Positions 16,124-28,529 of a stretch of DNA of 64,000 bases are shown here, piece after piece (positions within the stretch are counted from its first letter, which is position 1; every line of letters begins with the position of its first letter). The translations under genes and the position numbers were made by a program. The stretch lies in NCBI RefSeq assembly GCF_002105155.1, contig NW_019029011.1, positions 1-64,000 of the forward strand, in the 5' to 3' direction. The notes beneath the pieces were generated by a model. That model was not told the origin of the DNA. It searched no databases and saw only the letters and a program-made list of their open reading frames with translations. This DNA comes from Lobosporangium transversale. Taxonomy: Eukaryota.

Positions 16124-17381
16124 GATGCTGATGTTGATGCTGGTTCTGTTGATACTGTTGCTGCTGGTGATGTTGTTGCGATTGTTGTGGTCTATTGGTC
16201 TGACTATCCTGGTATACTCTCTGCTCCGAGGCTCTAGGGCTGACGCCACGTCTCTGGATAGTATCGCGACCGCTGTTGTTGTTATTGTTGCCTCGTCCAT
16301 TACTGTTTCCAGGTCCACCACGAGGTTCATTGTAGCCATCTGCTCCGCCTCCATTACCACTTCCGCGCCTGTCACCAGGAGCAAATCTATCATATCTATC
16401 ACGATCATTCCTATAGCCCCTATCGTTCCTCTCATTAGAACGATAGTAATCTCCACCGCGGCTTCCACTTGATGAAGACATTTCTGGACCACCGGGATTT
16501 CTAGGTCCTGTAGGAATACGTTCGTCTTCATACGGACTGCTGTCCCTATGACGATCAACGTTATTTCTATTGTTGTTACCATTGTCGCTGTTGCTGTTAA
16601 GGTTACGACGGTCATTGTGATTGGTCGTAAGGGTTAATTTTTGAGCTTGCACTGGTGCCGCTTTTGGTACTCCTCCCCTTACTCCTGATGTAGTTGACGA
16701 TGAAACATTCTCTCGTTTAACAGACTGTGTTGTAACAAGGCGCAAAGGTGCAGTTGTCATGGGCCTATCAATTCCTTCTTGTTCATCATCTCCTGATGAT
16801 CCCTTTTGCTTGTTCTGCTTATTCTTATAATTGGTCGTAAACAGTTTTAAGGATGTGGCAGGCTTGGGAATATACCCCGCTGTGAATATCTGAGTCACCG
16901 GTGCTGTGGCAGCCTTGTACGATTCCGTGAACAGTGCAGTTTCTTTCTTCACAATGGCTGGGCGCTATTCAGTGAAGAATGATTAAATAATAATAAAAGC
17001 CATGGGTGAGATGAATAAAAGCACATTTTTGCTTGATGTCTCCTGATGACACTTAATTCTAATATAATGAGGACAAAACAGGACATGTGCATCACTCATT
17101 GCTCTCATCATAAGGTTTGTAAAAAAAAAAAAAAAAAAAACTGTTCATGATCTCAGCAAGCGAGAAGAGAAGGGGCTTACAGCATATGGTGAGCTAGCCT
17201 TAGCTTTGGCTTTGCCAGTCTTAATGCCCTTCTCAGTCCTGATGGCGGCACTCTTAGTTTGGATTCCAACATTTCCACCTTTCTTTGGCTTGGCTGTTGT
17301 CGCTGCTGGTGTTTTGGATTTTTTCTTCTCCTGACGTTCTGTCTTGATGATTTCGTCCAGACTCAGATCAATTCGATTCAT
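14936..17381 (-). CDS. RRM protein with N-terminal UAP56-binding-like motif (Yra1/ALYREF/POLDIP3-like), RG-rich and polyQ regions; exons 17381-17181, 16964-15822, 15671-15542, 15384-15258, 15128-14936
   Basis: N-terminus MNRIDLSLDEIIK; RRM IEIENLDPGTTAEDVKYVCSRFGEI...VTYARKAAGIAAIENLHGKKADNGKILRV reconstructed across exons. Confidence 0.75.
16031..16160 (-). repeat. CAA/CAG polyglutamine repeat inside the RRM gene
   Basis: (TGT)n/(TGC)n on the plus strand; >30 consecutive Gln. Confidence 0.95.
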
Positions 17382-17575
17382 GGCGGAAATAAAAGATGAT
17401 GGAAAAGGAAAAGTTTTTTTTTTTAATTGTTTATTCCCTATTTCTTGATTTTGTTTTTAGTGGATTTGGTAGGAGAAGGAAGGATGCAATGTTATGGTAT
17501 TCCTTGCTTGCTTGATAGGAAGTCTGCCAAATGGTTTTAGTGACTGGAGTAGATTGTCTGTATTTACCACGCGAG

Positions 17576-17606
<31 letters not shown>

Positions 17607-18079
17607 ATCTATCCTTGATCCTTGACGCACAAATCCCAAGCCCCACCAGCTGAACAATGTGTGCAATATTTTTTACATGTGGAATTCTGGTGTTAAGGGG
17701 TCCAATCAACGCCACCCTAAATGAAACATGTCGTTTGTACAAGCACCAGACAGTAAAACGAACATGGAACAGTAAGTTCAATTACTGCCAGGGGGACGAA
17801 GACAAGGAAGTAGATGATCTGGATGGATCGTAGTAGGGGTCTTGTGCAGACATGTGGACAATATGAAGTTATCTGATCTCGAGTATACACTTTTGCATCA
17901 TGTTTCCAAACCATCTTTTTTTTATTTTTTTGTCATGGTGGAGGTATAGGAGATATAATCCTGAACTAAGTCTTCAAATGAATTCTATAAACATTTATAT
18001 ATCCACATTCATTGTCTCATGACAACATCCGATACCTATTTACTAAAAAGAAAGGTATTTGATGATCCATACCTTTTCT

Positions 18080-18113
<34 letters not shown>

Positions 18114-18241
18114 AAAAGTTGTTGCCTTACATAAAAAAAAGTAAGTTAAAAAAATCAATCTTAAAACCATGTTCGTAGTCAAGGTCAAGACCAAGTCAAG
18201 TCTGATCAAGTCTAGCTAGGTTAAATAAAAAAAAAATAAAA

Positions 18242-18266
18242 ATATATATATATATATATATATATA
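18242..18266. repeat. (TA)n microsatellite
   Basis: Read directly. Confidence 0.9.
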
Positions 18267-19698
18267 GTAAAAGGTTCATGAACGCGCGCCATAAAAGATA
18301 GCTCGCTCTCCTAGGGAGGTTTTCCTACAGAATCTAGAGAGCCGCGCTTTGACTGATTGTCTGTTAATATATATCATTTATGATCGAACATTAAGACAAC
18401 TCCGTAACTTAACCTCAGGCTTTAGGGATGAGGAAAAAAAACAAAAAACTTAAAACCATATCGCTTCTTTCGTTCTTATTAAGTGTATGTGTACATGTAT
18501 ATAAAATCATGCATTATCGGATATGCCCTTATCCACTCAAGCATGAGTTTTTTTTTTTTTTTTTTTTTTTCACAACAGATCTAAAGGATCGGATTCCGAT
18601 TCGCTAACACGGATGGATGCATTCAAATGAATTACAGGAACACAAAAAAAAAAAAAAAAAAAAAAAGAAGTAGAGCTAGGCTAGTCTATTCTTAATGAGT
18701 AAAAAAAAAAAAAAAAAAAAAAAAAGAGCAAATGGATGTGTGCAGGGTCATGAGTTGCATATTTGTACATGTATATTTGTTTTCATATATCCAACATGCA
18801 GTTATTGTTTAGTCCTTAGTTTTTTTATACTCAATAACACAAAAGAGCAATGAAGAATCAACGCATGAGCAGCATGAGGGCGCAATGACCATTACAGCCT
18901 TCACAATCCAAAAGCCTTCATTATCTTCATCTATCGGTTATTTGAATCAAGGAACGCTTCCGACTTGTCCAACAGCCAAGAGCCAACAAAGCTTTGTTTT
19001 ATTTCCCATGGAGACAGCAATTGAGTGAACAGAGACGCCACATGATGACAAAGAAGAGAGGGAGGTGGAAAAGGAAAGAGAAAGAAAGGGAACACAGGAT
19101 GGAGCGTGTGATAGTTTGGTCCACCAATAAACGGTGCCACCTTTCCTATCCTTACAGATCAAAAACCTTCTTTCCAGCAATCCAACAATGTTCCTGGGAA
19201 CAAAAACGCGTGCGTTGAATGTTAGGATGGCCCTAAAGATTGAAAGAAAGAAATGCTTTATATATTATATATAATACCGTATTGTATCTTCATATACTTT
19301 CATCTGTGAAATTACTGTGCGAAAACATCTAGAGCCACGGCGTTACGCGTGTATAGATTATATTCATTGTAGATTATAGATCTGTAAGTTTTCTTTCAAA
19401 ATCTCCCAATACCTGCCTCCTCCATCCTATTGATCTCGTAGTCCATAGACACTTGATTATACGAAACATTATATAAATATCTCATTAGCAATATCATCAT
19501 CACTATCGTTTAATGTTTAAAATCGTAGACTATCAAGTCTCATCGATGATAAAATAGAAGAGCAAACAGAACTTTATTTCCCATCGATGTGTAGGCAATA
19601 TTTAGGATCTTTAAAAAAGAGTGAATTCACACGACGGCCCAACCTCGTCCGCACGGATCTAGTAGGGCAAATCTCAAGAAAAATGAGGGCGAAGAATG

Positions 19699-19747
<49 letters not shown>

Positions 19748-19776
19748 AGATCATCCTATTCGTTCCTCCTCTTCGC

Positions 19777-19811
<35 letters not shown>

Positions 19812-21644
19812 TTACTTCGGGGTCTATTTTCCCATGCAGGACCAAGGGAAGAGTTAAGAGAATTAGATTCTTGTATTCATGAGAAATACAGGTGGGACAA
19901 ATTAAAACATGCATCTAATCATCCTCACTTTGTGCTTGAGAAGAGCAGTTTAACTGATGGCTCGTTGATTCACTCCAACCCCTCTTCTACTTCATTTTCC
20001 TTCATTTTCTTGTAGTATTAGATACACTTGATACCGCCGGAGATGGCAACCAGAAGAGATAAGAATGCCGCTTGTTCAGTGACCTTGATCATATGGTCAC
20101 ACATACGCACACCATTTATTCTCCTCCTTCGGACTTGTTCATACACAAGTTTAGCTGGGATTCTAATGTCACTCTTCTTTACTATTGCTGTTGTTATTGT
20201 TTTATTCTCGCATGTGTGATAGTATATTTATATATATATATAATAAATAACATGTAAATATACATGTACAAGAGTTCTAGCCCACCATTGTTGTTGCAGC
20301 GTGGCAAATTCTTGGGAAAAAGAGTGAGCTGGATTCGTGTGAACAGCAGGTTTGATTGGATGGGACGCAAAAAGTACATGGAGCAGTGTTAGGGCTCCTC
20401 TTCACTTCTCTCGGACATGAACATGGATCCAAACAAACAAAAAAAAAAAAAAAAAAAAAAAAAAAAACACAGCAGTAGCTATACACAATAGCACAAAGGC
20501 TCCATCGATGCAATGTTTAATTTGATGCATCTGTTGCTTGTCTGGTCCTACATACCCTGTCCATTTTGTCCACTCGCCTTCCGTTTTCGCTCAACTTGTT
20601 GACATCGCGTGCATTCATCCATATATATACAAATAAAACACTTTTATACTAACGAAGAGAGCAAGGAAGGAAATGAGGGAAAGCATTGAGTAGGCCTGTT
20701 TAATGGATCTCTTTTTGAGTTTAGAGTGGAATGATCATCGGTGACCCTTTAGGGCTGAAAATACAGATGTAAAGAAGACTACCCACGTTTGCCATGTTGC
20801 AAATGTTATGCAAAACTTTAGGTTGATTAAATGGTTTACAATAATAAAATAAAGTGTACCAACATTTATTAGCATTTCAGTGGTAATGGGCTGGCATCGT
20901 TCAATTCATTTGTTCCTAGAACCATTTCCTATATACCTCCAACTCCTTTTTTTTTTCTATTGGACATCGTAAGTAAGCCATGAAAAAGCAGGGATAAGAA
21001 GGCTCCTTTGGAATTACTCCTGCTTACTCTAAAGACTTTGTTAGGGAACTTTTCTTTGTCAGCACATCAGGCAAGAATATAACAACCATTAAAACTAAAG
21101 GTGTGATCGAAACTTGGCTAATTTTTGTTATGTTAAACCTCCATATTGTATTCCTTTCCTCAAAGCAAAAAAAAAAAAAAAAAAAAAAAGATGCTCAACT
21201 GGACTCGATATCTTTTTTAATCCTATCCCTCCCCTATAGAAAGTTCTTTCCTTTTTATTCCACTGTCACGCGGTACAAGAACCATTCAGGGAAAGTTGTA
21301 TGGATAAAAAGAATGGTAGAGAGCCATTGCCTATTACTTTTTTGGCTTTTGTATTACGCAAAATGAGAATCTTTTTTACTTTCTCGTTTTACTATTCGTC
21401 AGCCCTTATTTGAATTGGACAGAAACAATACAATATTTCTTTATATTCTTCGTTGGCTAATAGCTACTCACACTTTAATCTTATGGAACCATTCCGATTC
21501 GCTTTTATTTAGTGTGTCCTTTGTTTGTTTTCTTTTGTTAAACACTCAACTTTACTCAAACAAGGGAAGAGAGAACACATTTGCATGGCATGTATCCAAA
21601 AGGACAGTTGTATGCAACGTTTGTGCATTGCATTCTGCATCAAA

Positions 21645-21675
<31 letters not shown>

Positions 21676-21870
21676 GCAACAGTAGCAGATTCTGAGGGAG
21701 GGAATTGCTATGAGGGTGATTTGGCTGTAGGAATTATAAACTTCTTTGTCGTGAGTCTTTGCTGTTTATGCATCCAACATTTATATTGAACTAAACAAGT
21801 TGTATATATATATACATATAAATGAGATTTCTCGGGAATATGAGCCCACCTATCCAATTCAAATCCCGGC

Positions 21871-21918
<48 letters not shown>

Positions 21919-23455
21919 CGGCTTTTCTCTACGGCCTGGCTCTACTTTTGAGCAGAGGAATGAGAAGCCAGTGATCGGAGCAAATGAAAGGCCCTTAGGG
22001 TGATAAACTATCAAAGGAAAAGGAGCATTGATAGTCTACTTGGTCACGCACTTTTCATTCTTTTTCTCCTCCAATAGACCTTCTCAATCGGAACTAGAAT
22101 CCGTGTTCATCATTAAATAAAACAGTATATATATAATAATAAAACATAAAACACTTCTTTCAAACTAACCCTACATTACCTCCCTCCTTTAAATGTTTGA
22201 AGGACGACTTGAAGAAAAATAAAAAAAAACACTGATTTTGCTTGCGTACACAAAACATGTCAGCATTCTTGGCCATTTTTTTGTGCACGCAGTAGTCAGA
22301 GAGGGAAAAGTGAAAAAAATATGAGCACAAAGATAGATACAAAGATGGAGACAGAGTGGCAAAAAAAACTTTTTAAATTGTAATATGTAAATGATAAAGA
22401 GTAGACAAAATAAGCTATTAAACAATATATATATATATATATATTATAAATATATATAATAAAATCAATATATATCTGGGGCTTTAATTGGCTAATCCTT
22501 TCAATTGAATATCATTACTCAAAAGTATATCTCTAGTTAAGTTAACTTCCCTCCCGGCTAAAATAATCGAGGTGCTAGACCTTTCAGTTAGGGTCTATCG
22601 ATCTTGACCAAATGCCCAAATGCATGTATACGTTGCTAATGCACAAATTCACAGAAGAAAAGCTGTCAATGTACGCTGATATGAGTAGGGATAGGATAGT
22701 AGACATGTGGGTGGGTCTTATGTCCTTTTGGACCGAATACATAGAACAGAATACAGTAAAAGGTTTCTTATGGTCTTTAATTATGATTAAAACGTGATTT
22801 ATCAGAATGAATGTAGAATGAGTTGCTGAGATGATCATCTGAGAGATGAAGTATGATGTTGATGAGGTCAAAAAAAAAAAAAGGTAGTGGAAGACAACAA
22901 CGTTGGATATTGAACGAATACATCGATGTATTCGTATTATGAAAATGAAACATCTTTTCGTGTTTTCTGGTCTGGCCTGGCAAAGTGTCCAGTTGGACAG
23001 TTGGACAGTCTGAAAATGGAAGGAAGTAATTTGTCCGTTTGGATTTGAAAATTGACCAACTGACCCTCTGTTCCAAAGATGGAAACTGCTATCAACATGC
23101 CAACACAATCTCAAAAAGTGCTCTCTTCTTCCCTCATCTCACAAGCAAATCGAAAATCAACATTACTATCATTTCCTTTTCAAATGGACAGACACTTTAC
23201 TGTACGCTTCTTTACTCTCTCTCACTGAATAAATTAAAGCAGGAAAACAAAAAAAAAAAAAAAAAAAAAAAAAGAGTCCGAGCTCAAGGTAACAATAACC
23301 GGACTGACTAAAGGAATCGATCGTCTGCCTGCCTTTACTGCTTCATACTCTCAATAGGAACAACAATTCAACCGCCATATTCGATTTATTTGATTACTTG
23401 AATATAAACAGCAGCTAGTCCAATAACACGGCATACACATTTATATTTGGGTACT

Positions 23456-23502
23456 TATAAAAGGCGCTCTTCCCCCGAAGTTGTTGATTCCTTGTCTATG
23501 AC
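23456..23502 (+). promoter_or_regulatory. OPT1 core promoter: TATA box plus TTGTCTATGAC element
   Basis: TATAAAAG at 23456; downstream 11-mer shared by all five copies. Confidence 0.6.
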
Positions 23503-23559
23503 CTTCCTCCTCTTTTCTGTCCTTCTCTTCTCGATTTTTTCCCTTAGGCTCTAATTTTG

Positions 23560-23590
<31 letters not shown>

Positions 23591-23662
23591 ACGGCTTATT
23601 CTCACTCTCTATCCTCTCTTCTCTTAGTAGACCCAACTTTATATTATTATTTATTCCGATCC

Positions 23663-25983
23663 ATGTCTGATCAAAAAGCAGAGCATCATGTCTCCGAAAA
23701 GGGGTACAATGACGAGAAATACGATATCGAACGCTCGTCTATTGTCCTTGAGGAAGAGGAGAACTCTCCTATCCCCGAAGTCGCCGCCATCGTTTCCAAC
23801 AAGGATGACCCTAGTACTCCTGTTATGACCTTTCGTTTCTGGGTCATGGCTGTCCTTTTCTCCATCCTTCTTTCTTTTTTTAACCAGTTCTTGTAAGTCA
23901 ACGGCAGTTAAAACTTCTTCCATCCCAAAATCTCGAGTTCTGCTGATTGCATAAATGTTTCAAATGAATTGACGCCTCATTTTTCTATTTTTTATTTTAA
24001 TACTATTTATGCATCCTTTGTAGTTGGTTCCGGACACAGCCCATGACCATCACTACTTTGGTCATCCAATTACTGTCATATCCCTTTGGCAAGTTCTTGG
24101 CTCGTGTTCTCCCTGCTGGCCCTCTTAACCCCGGCCCTTTCAACATCAAAGAGCACGTCTTAGTTGCCTTGACCGCCAACTGTGCTGGTGGTACTGCCTA
24201 TGCTGTCGATATCATTGTCATCCAGAAGGTCTTCTATGCCCAAGACTTTGGCTTTCTTGCCAATTTCCTCCTTATCCTCTGCACCCAGATGTTAGGCTAT
24301 GGTATGGCTGGTGTCCTCCGCCGTTACCTTGTCTACCCTGCTGCTATGATCTGGCCCGCCAATTTGGTCCAGGTTGCCCTGTTTAATACTTTGCACAAGG
24401 AGGAAGAACTTGCTCCTGGTCAGTGGTCTCGCTTCAGATTCTTCCTGGTCGCCACCTTTGCTATGTTCTGTTACCAGTGGATTCCAGGTTTCCTTTTCCC
24501 TGTCCTCAGTTCTATTGCCTGGATCTGCTGGATCAAGCCTGACAACTTGGTTCTCTCCCAGATCACTGGTGCTGGTGGTCTCGGATTTGGTGCCATTTCT
24601 CTTGACTGGAACAACATCGTTGCCTTCTTGGGCTCACCTTTAATTGTTCCTTGGTGGGCCCAGGTTAATATTGCTCTTGGCTTTTTCTTGATTGCCTGGG
24701 TCATGGTTCCTATCGCGTACTACACTAATCTCTGGGATGCCAAGAAGTTCCCCATCCTCACTCCTCATCTATTTCAGGAGAACGGTCGCGGATACGACGT
24801 CTCCGCTATCCTTACTGACAATGTTTTGGATGAGAAAAAGTACCAGGAATATGGTCCTCTCCGTATCTCGACCTTCTTTGCCTTGACCTATGGTATCGGT
24901 TTCGCTGGTCTTTCCTCTATGATCACTCATACCTGGTTGTATCATCGCCAAAAGTTGGTTGCGCAGTGGAAGCAATCTCGTGATCATTCTGAAGATATCC
25001 ATCACAAGTTGATGCAGGCCTATCCTGAGGTTCCTGACTGGTGGTACGGTACTCTCTTTATTGTCATGACCATTATTGCCGTTATCACTTGCGAGGTCTG
25101 GGACTATAAACTTCCATGGTGGGGCGTAATTTTGGCTGTCGCTCTTGCTGCTTTCTTCGCGCTTCCTGTGGGCTTGATCCAGGCCATTACAAATCAGCAG
25201 CCTGGCCTTAATATTATTACCGAGTACGTTATCGGTTATATCCTTCCCGGGCGTCCTATCGCTAATGTTACCTTTAAGACCCTTGGTTATATCTCCATGG
25301 CCCAGGCTATGACTTTTACATCCGATCTCAAGCTGGGTCACTACATGAAGGTCCCACCACGCGCCATGTTCTGGGCTCAGCTTCTTGGCACCGTCATTGC
25401 TGGCTTGGTCAACTTGTTGACTGCCAACTGGTTGTTGAGGACCCAAAAGGATGTCTGTACTGAAAACAATGCCCTTTTCTCCTGCCCTTCTGCCAACACT
25501 TTCTATTCTGCTTCTGTCATTTGGGGTGTTATCTCGCCTAATCGTATGTTCGGCTCCATATCCATTTACAATGCCATCAACTATTTCTTCTTGATTGGTT
25601 TCGTGCTCCCCATCCCATTTTACTATTTGAAAAAGCTGTACCCTCAGAGTTGGTTGGAATATGTCCACATCCCAGTCTTATTGGCCGCTACCGGAATGAT
25701 GCCTCCAGCACAGGCATACCATTATACCAATTGGTTAGCTCTCGGGTTTGCTTTCCAATTCTTTGCTCGTCGTTATCATCCAGAATGGCATCTACGATTT
25801 ACATATGTGCTATCAGCGGCTTTTGATTCCGGTGTGGCGTTTATGGTCTTGCTGTCATTCTTTATCTTCACGATCCGTGATGCAGCCATGGTAGATTGGT
25901 GGGGTACTCGCTCTGATCTGTGTCCATTGGAAAAAAAGCCTTACTATCCTGCGGCTCCCGCTCCACCAAAGCCAGCTGCTTAG
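23663..25983 (+). CDS. OPT-family oligopeptide transporter, copy 1; exons 23663-23892, 24024-25983
   Basis: EENSPIPEVAAIV, LNPGPFNIKEH, WPANL and DLKLGHYMKVPPR motifs; multiple TM segments. Confidence 0.95.
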
Positions 25984-27379
25984 GAAACAAATAAAAAATA
26001 ATGGTAGTACTATTAGTAATAAAAATGTCAAGTATATATTTGTTCATATGCGAAGTTATTCTTCTACAGTTTAGTTTATTGGTATTGTAATAGAGGAAAA
26101 GCTCGATTTCATTAATCTAACGTGATATGTTTGTATATAATATATTCGTCTTTGCAACTTAATTTTTTCGGATGCAGTGCCGAAACTATATCTTAAAAAA
26201 CCCTTGGATCTGACTGGATGTTGATTTCATTAGTCTAACTCGTTATCTTTCGTTCATGAAGCATGCACCATGGTCGAAGCGCTAAAGCGTTGAGCCATAA
26301 TCATCGGTATTTACTTTCTTGCTGTAATAAAGAGAAATAGAAAAGATGGAGAAAGTAAAAATTAAAACACAATGCCAAATGCTGCTTAATAGGAAGCTAT
26401 CATAATAGTAATTTTAACGCAGAGCGCATCTTTATTTTCTACTTCTATTTATAAGATGGAAAGCACTGTGAATATTAAGTGTAACGAAAGGTGACTGTTC
26501 GGACTCCATATGACACTGTATAAACACCTGAACACTGCCATATGTCATTGACTACTCTACGTCCCTTAAACAATATTCTTAGCATACATCTGAACTTTTG
26601 CAAGGGATGTGTCAATGCTTCGACAAACATGTAACACTTATTGGCTACATCACAGCTCTTAGAATGTGGAAACACTGAAAGTATGTAGAAAACGGGAACC
26701 ATTTGTGTTTTTACTAGCAACAAGCGTGGCTTCAAAAAGTTTGCCCCAAGGAACAAATCCTATATCTTCTATTGCTCAAAAGAGACAATGTTGTCTTTTC
26801 TGCACTCCAAAAGCACGCCACAATCCTATTGAAGCGTTCAGAGGCATTATATGCCTTATGTTTTGAGGATTGGTATACTTTCAGTCAAGTTTTATTGTTT
26901 TGACCAACACAGTAAAATCCTGTCCATTCGAAGTAGTCCCTCTGGATGGCAGCTATTCAGGAGATGCTAATCAATTCCGCTAAATTACGGTGAAATCAGA
27001 GTAGATTTGGAAAACTAACAAGCATCGAACAGTCACCAAAGGTTTGTATGATGGGGTGTGAAGGAAATGCCAATGAGTGTGGATGTGTAATGTAATGAAT
27101 GAAGGGCAAAAGATGAGCTTAACAGCATTATGCTTAATTAGGCAAACTGGAATCTCTTTTGGTAAATGAGTCTTTAAGCTTTGATAAATCTGGACAATCG
27201 AGGTGGTACAAAGCTGAGGCCATGTGTACAAGCAATTGACAAAAGAGGACTGTTACATTCCTATTTTAGATTTGAAGGATATCCTCCATGATAAACAAAA
27301 AACCTTTTACCTTCTCTTACAACCGAAACCTTTGAGGTGTTGAGGTAAGAAGGATTCCCTTCTCTGCCCTTCACTACCA

Positions 27380-27414
<35 letters not shown>

Positions 27415-28353
27415 AAATGAAAAAGAGACTATAGGAGTTGTGATGAAATAAATAACTTAAGTTCTTTTAAATCTTGATCGTTGACACTGCATCACAGCTA
27501 AAATTAAAGGACTGTTTATTTCTCTATTCTTCATTCAAGTCTATTGGTTCCCGCCATCCAACACCCATATTGTTACAGAAATAGCAACAAATAGCTACAG
27601 TGGCAAAGAAATGGAGATTGCGGAAAGATGCAGCGGTAAAGGAATGAGGGAAGGAAAACTTGATATTGAAACAATTTCATAGATCATTGTTATTATAGAA
27701 GCTTGAAACCTATTTATGAACTTGAACGCGAGGTCTAAGGTAGCAGCAAGCACACACACCAGACTATACCTTTGAAGTAGACTACTATATATATATATAA
27801 TAATATATTCATCAAGTATTGAATACTCGCCCAATTTTTCATTCCCCCATGGCACATACTTCTTGAATGTTTTATTCCTTTTCGATGTATCAACCATGTT
27901 AGTCTATTGTATAAAATGCATTTTTGTTCTGAGGCAAAAAAAAAAAAAAAAAAAAAAAATTGAAATTTAAGGTAAAAAGTCGAGTTTACAAATGAATACT
28001 GTGTTCAATACAATATGCATCTGAGCATTGTGACCCTCCCGAAATTTGGGCCGATTTTTTTTTTTGCTTGTGCTCGCACCTGTACTACCGAGCTTAAAAG
28101 ACCACACAATAAATGCCCTGAAGTTCGTTTGTCTAGAAAGTAAGAAACTACCTGTGATTCACACGGCAAAAAAGAACCTATTGAGCTTTGCTATTTGGTT
28201 TATCTAACAAATGAACCACTCTCATCAACACCCTGTGCCTCACATTTACACAAACAAACAGTTACATCAAACAAAGGAAAAAGAGGGAAGATGTATTCAA
28301 ATGAATACTTTCGACTTGTTGAGCTGAACACTTAGCCTCCAAGTTTTACAAGG

Positions 28354-28397
28354 TATAAAAAGGACCAACAAGGCTGATTGAATCCCTTGTCCTTGAC
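28354..28397 (+). promoter_or_regulatory. OPT2 core promoter: TATA box plus TTGTCCTTGAC
   Basis: TATAAAAAGG at 28354. Confidence 0.6.
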
Positions 28398-28529
28398 GAC
28401 GAGTTTGCTCTTTGACCCTACCTTTCCTCTCTCTTCCTCTCTTTCTCTCTTTCCCCCGCCACGGTCTTTGACCTCTAGTCTACCCGCCCTCTCTTTTAGT
28501 ACCAATACCTGGTCTTTCACACTCTTGCA

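Noticed and set aside
16965..17180. Intronic C/D snoRNA (ATGATGA...CTGA on the minus strand)
   Set aside because: The D box abuts the 3' splice site, and there is no terminal stem or convincing rRNA guide.
18460..18490. U2 snRNA-like start (ATCGCTTCT...AAGTGTA)
   Set aside because: Stem I, the GTAGTA branch-pairing motif and the Sm site are not matched.
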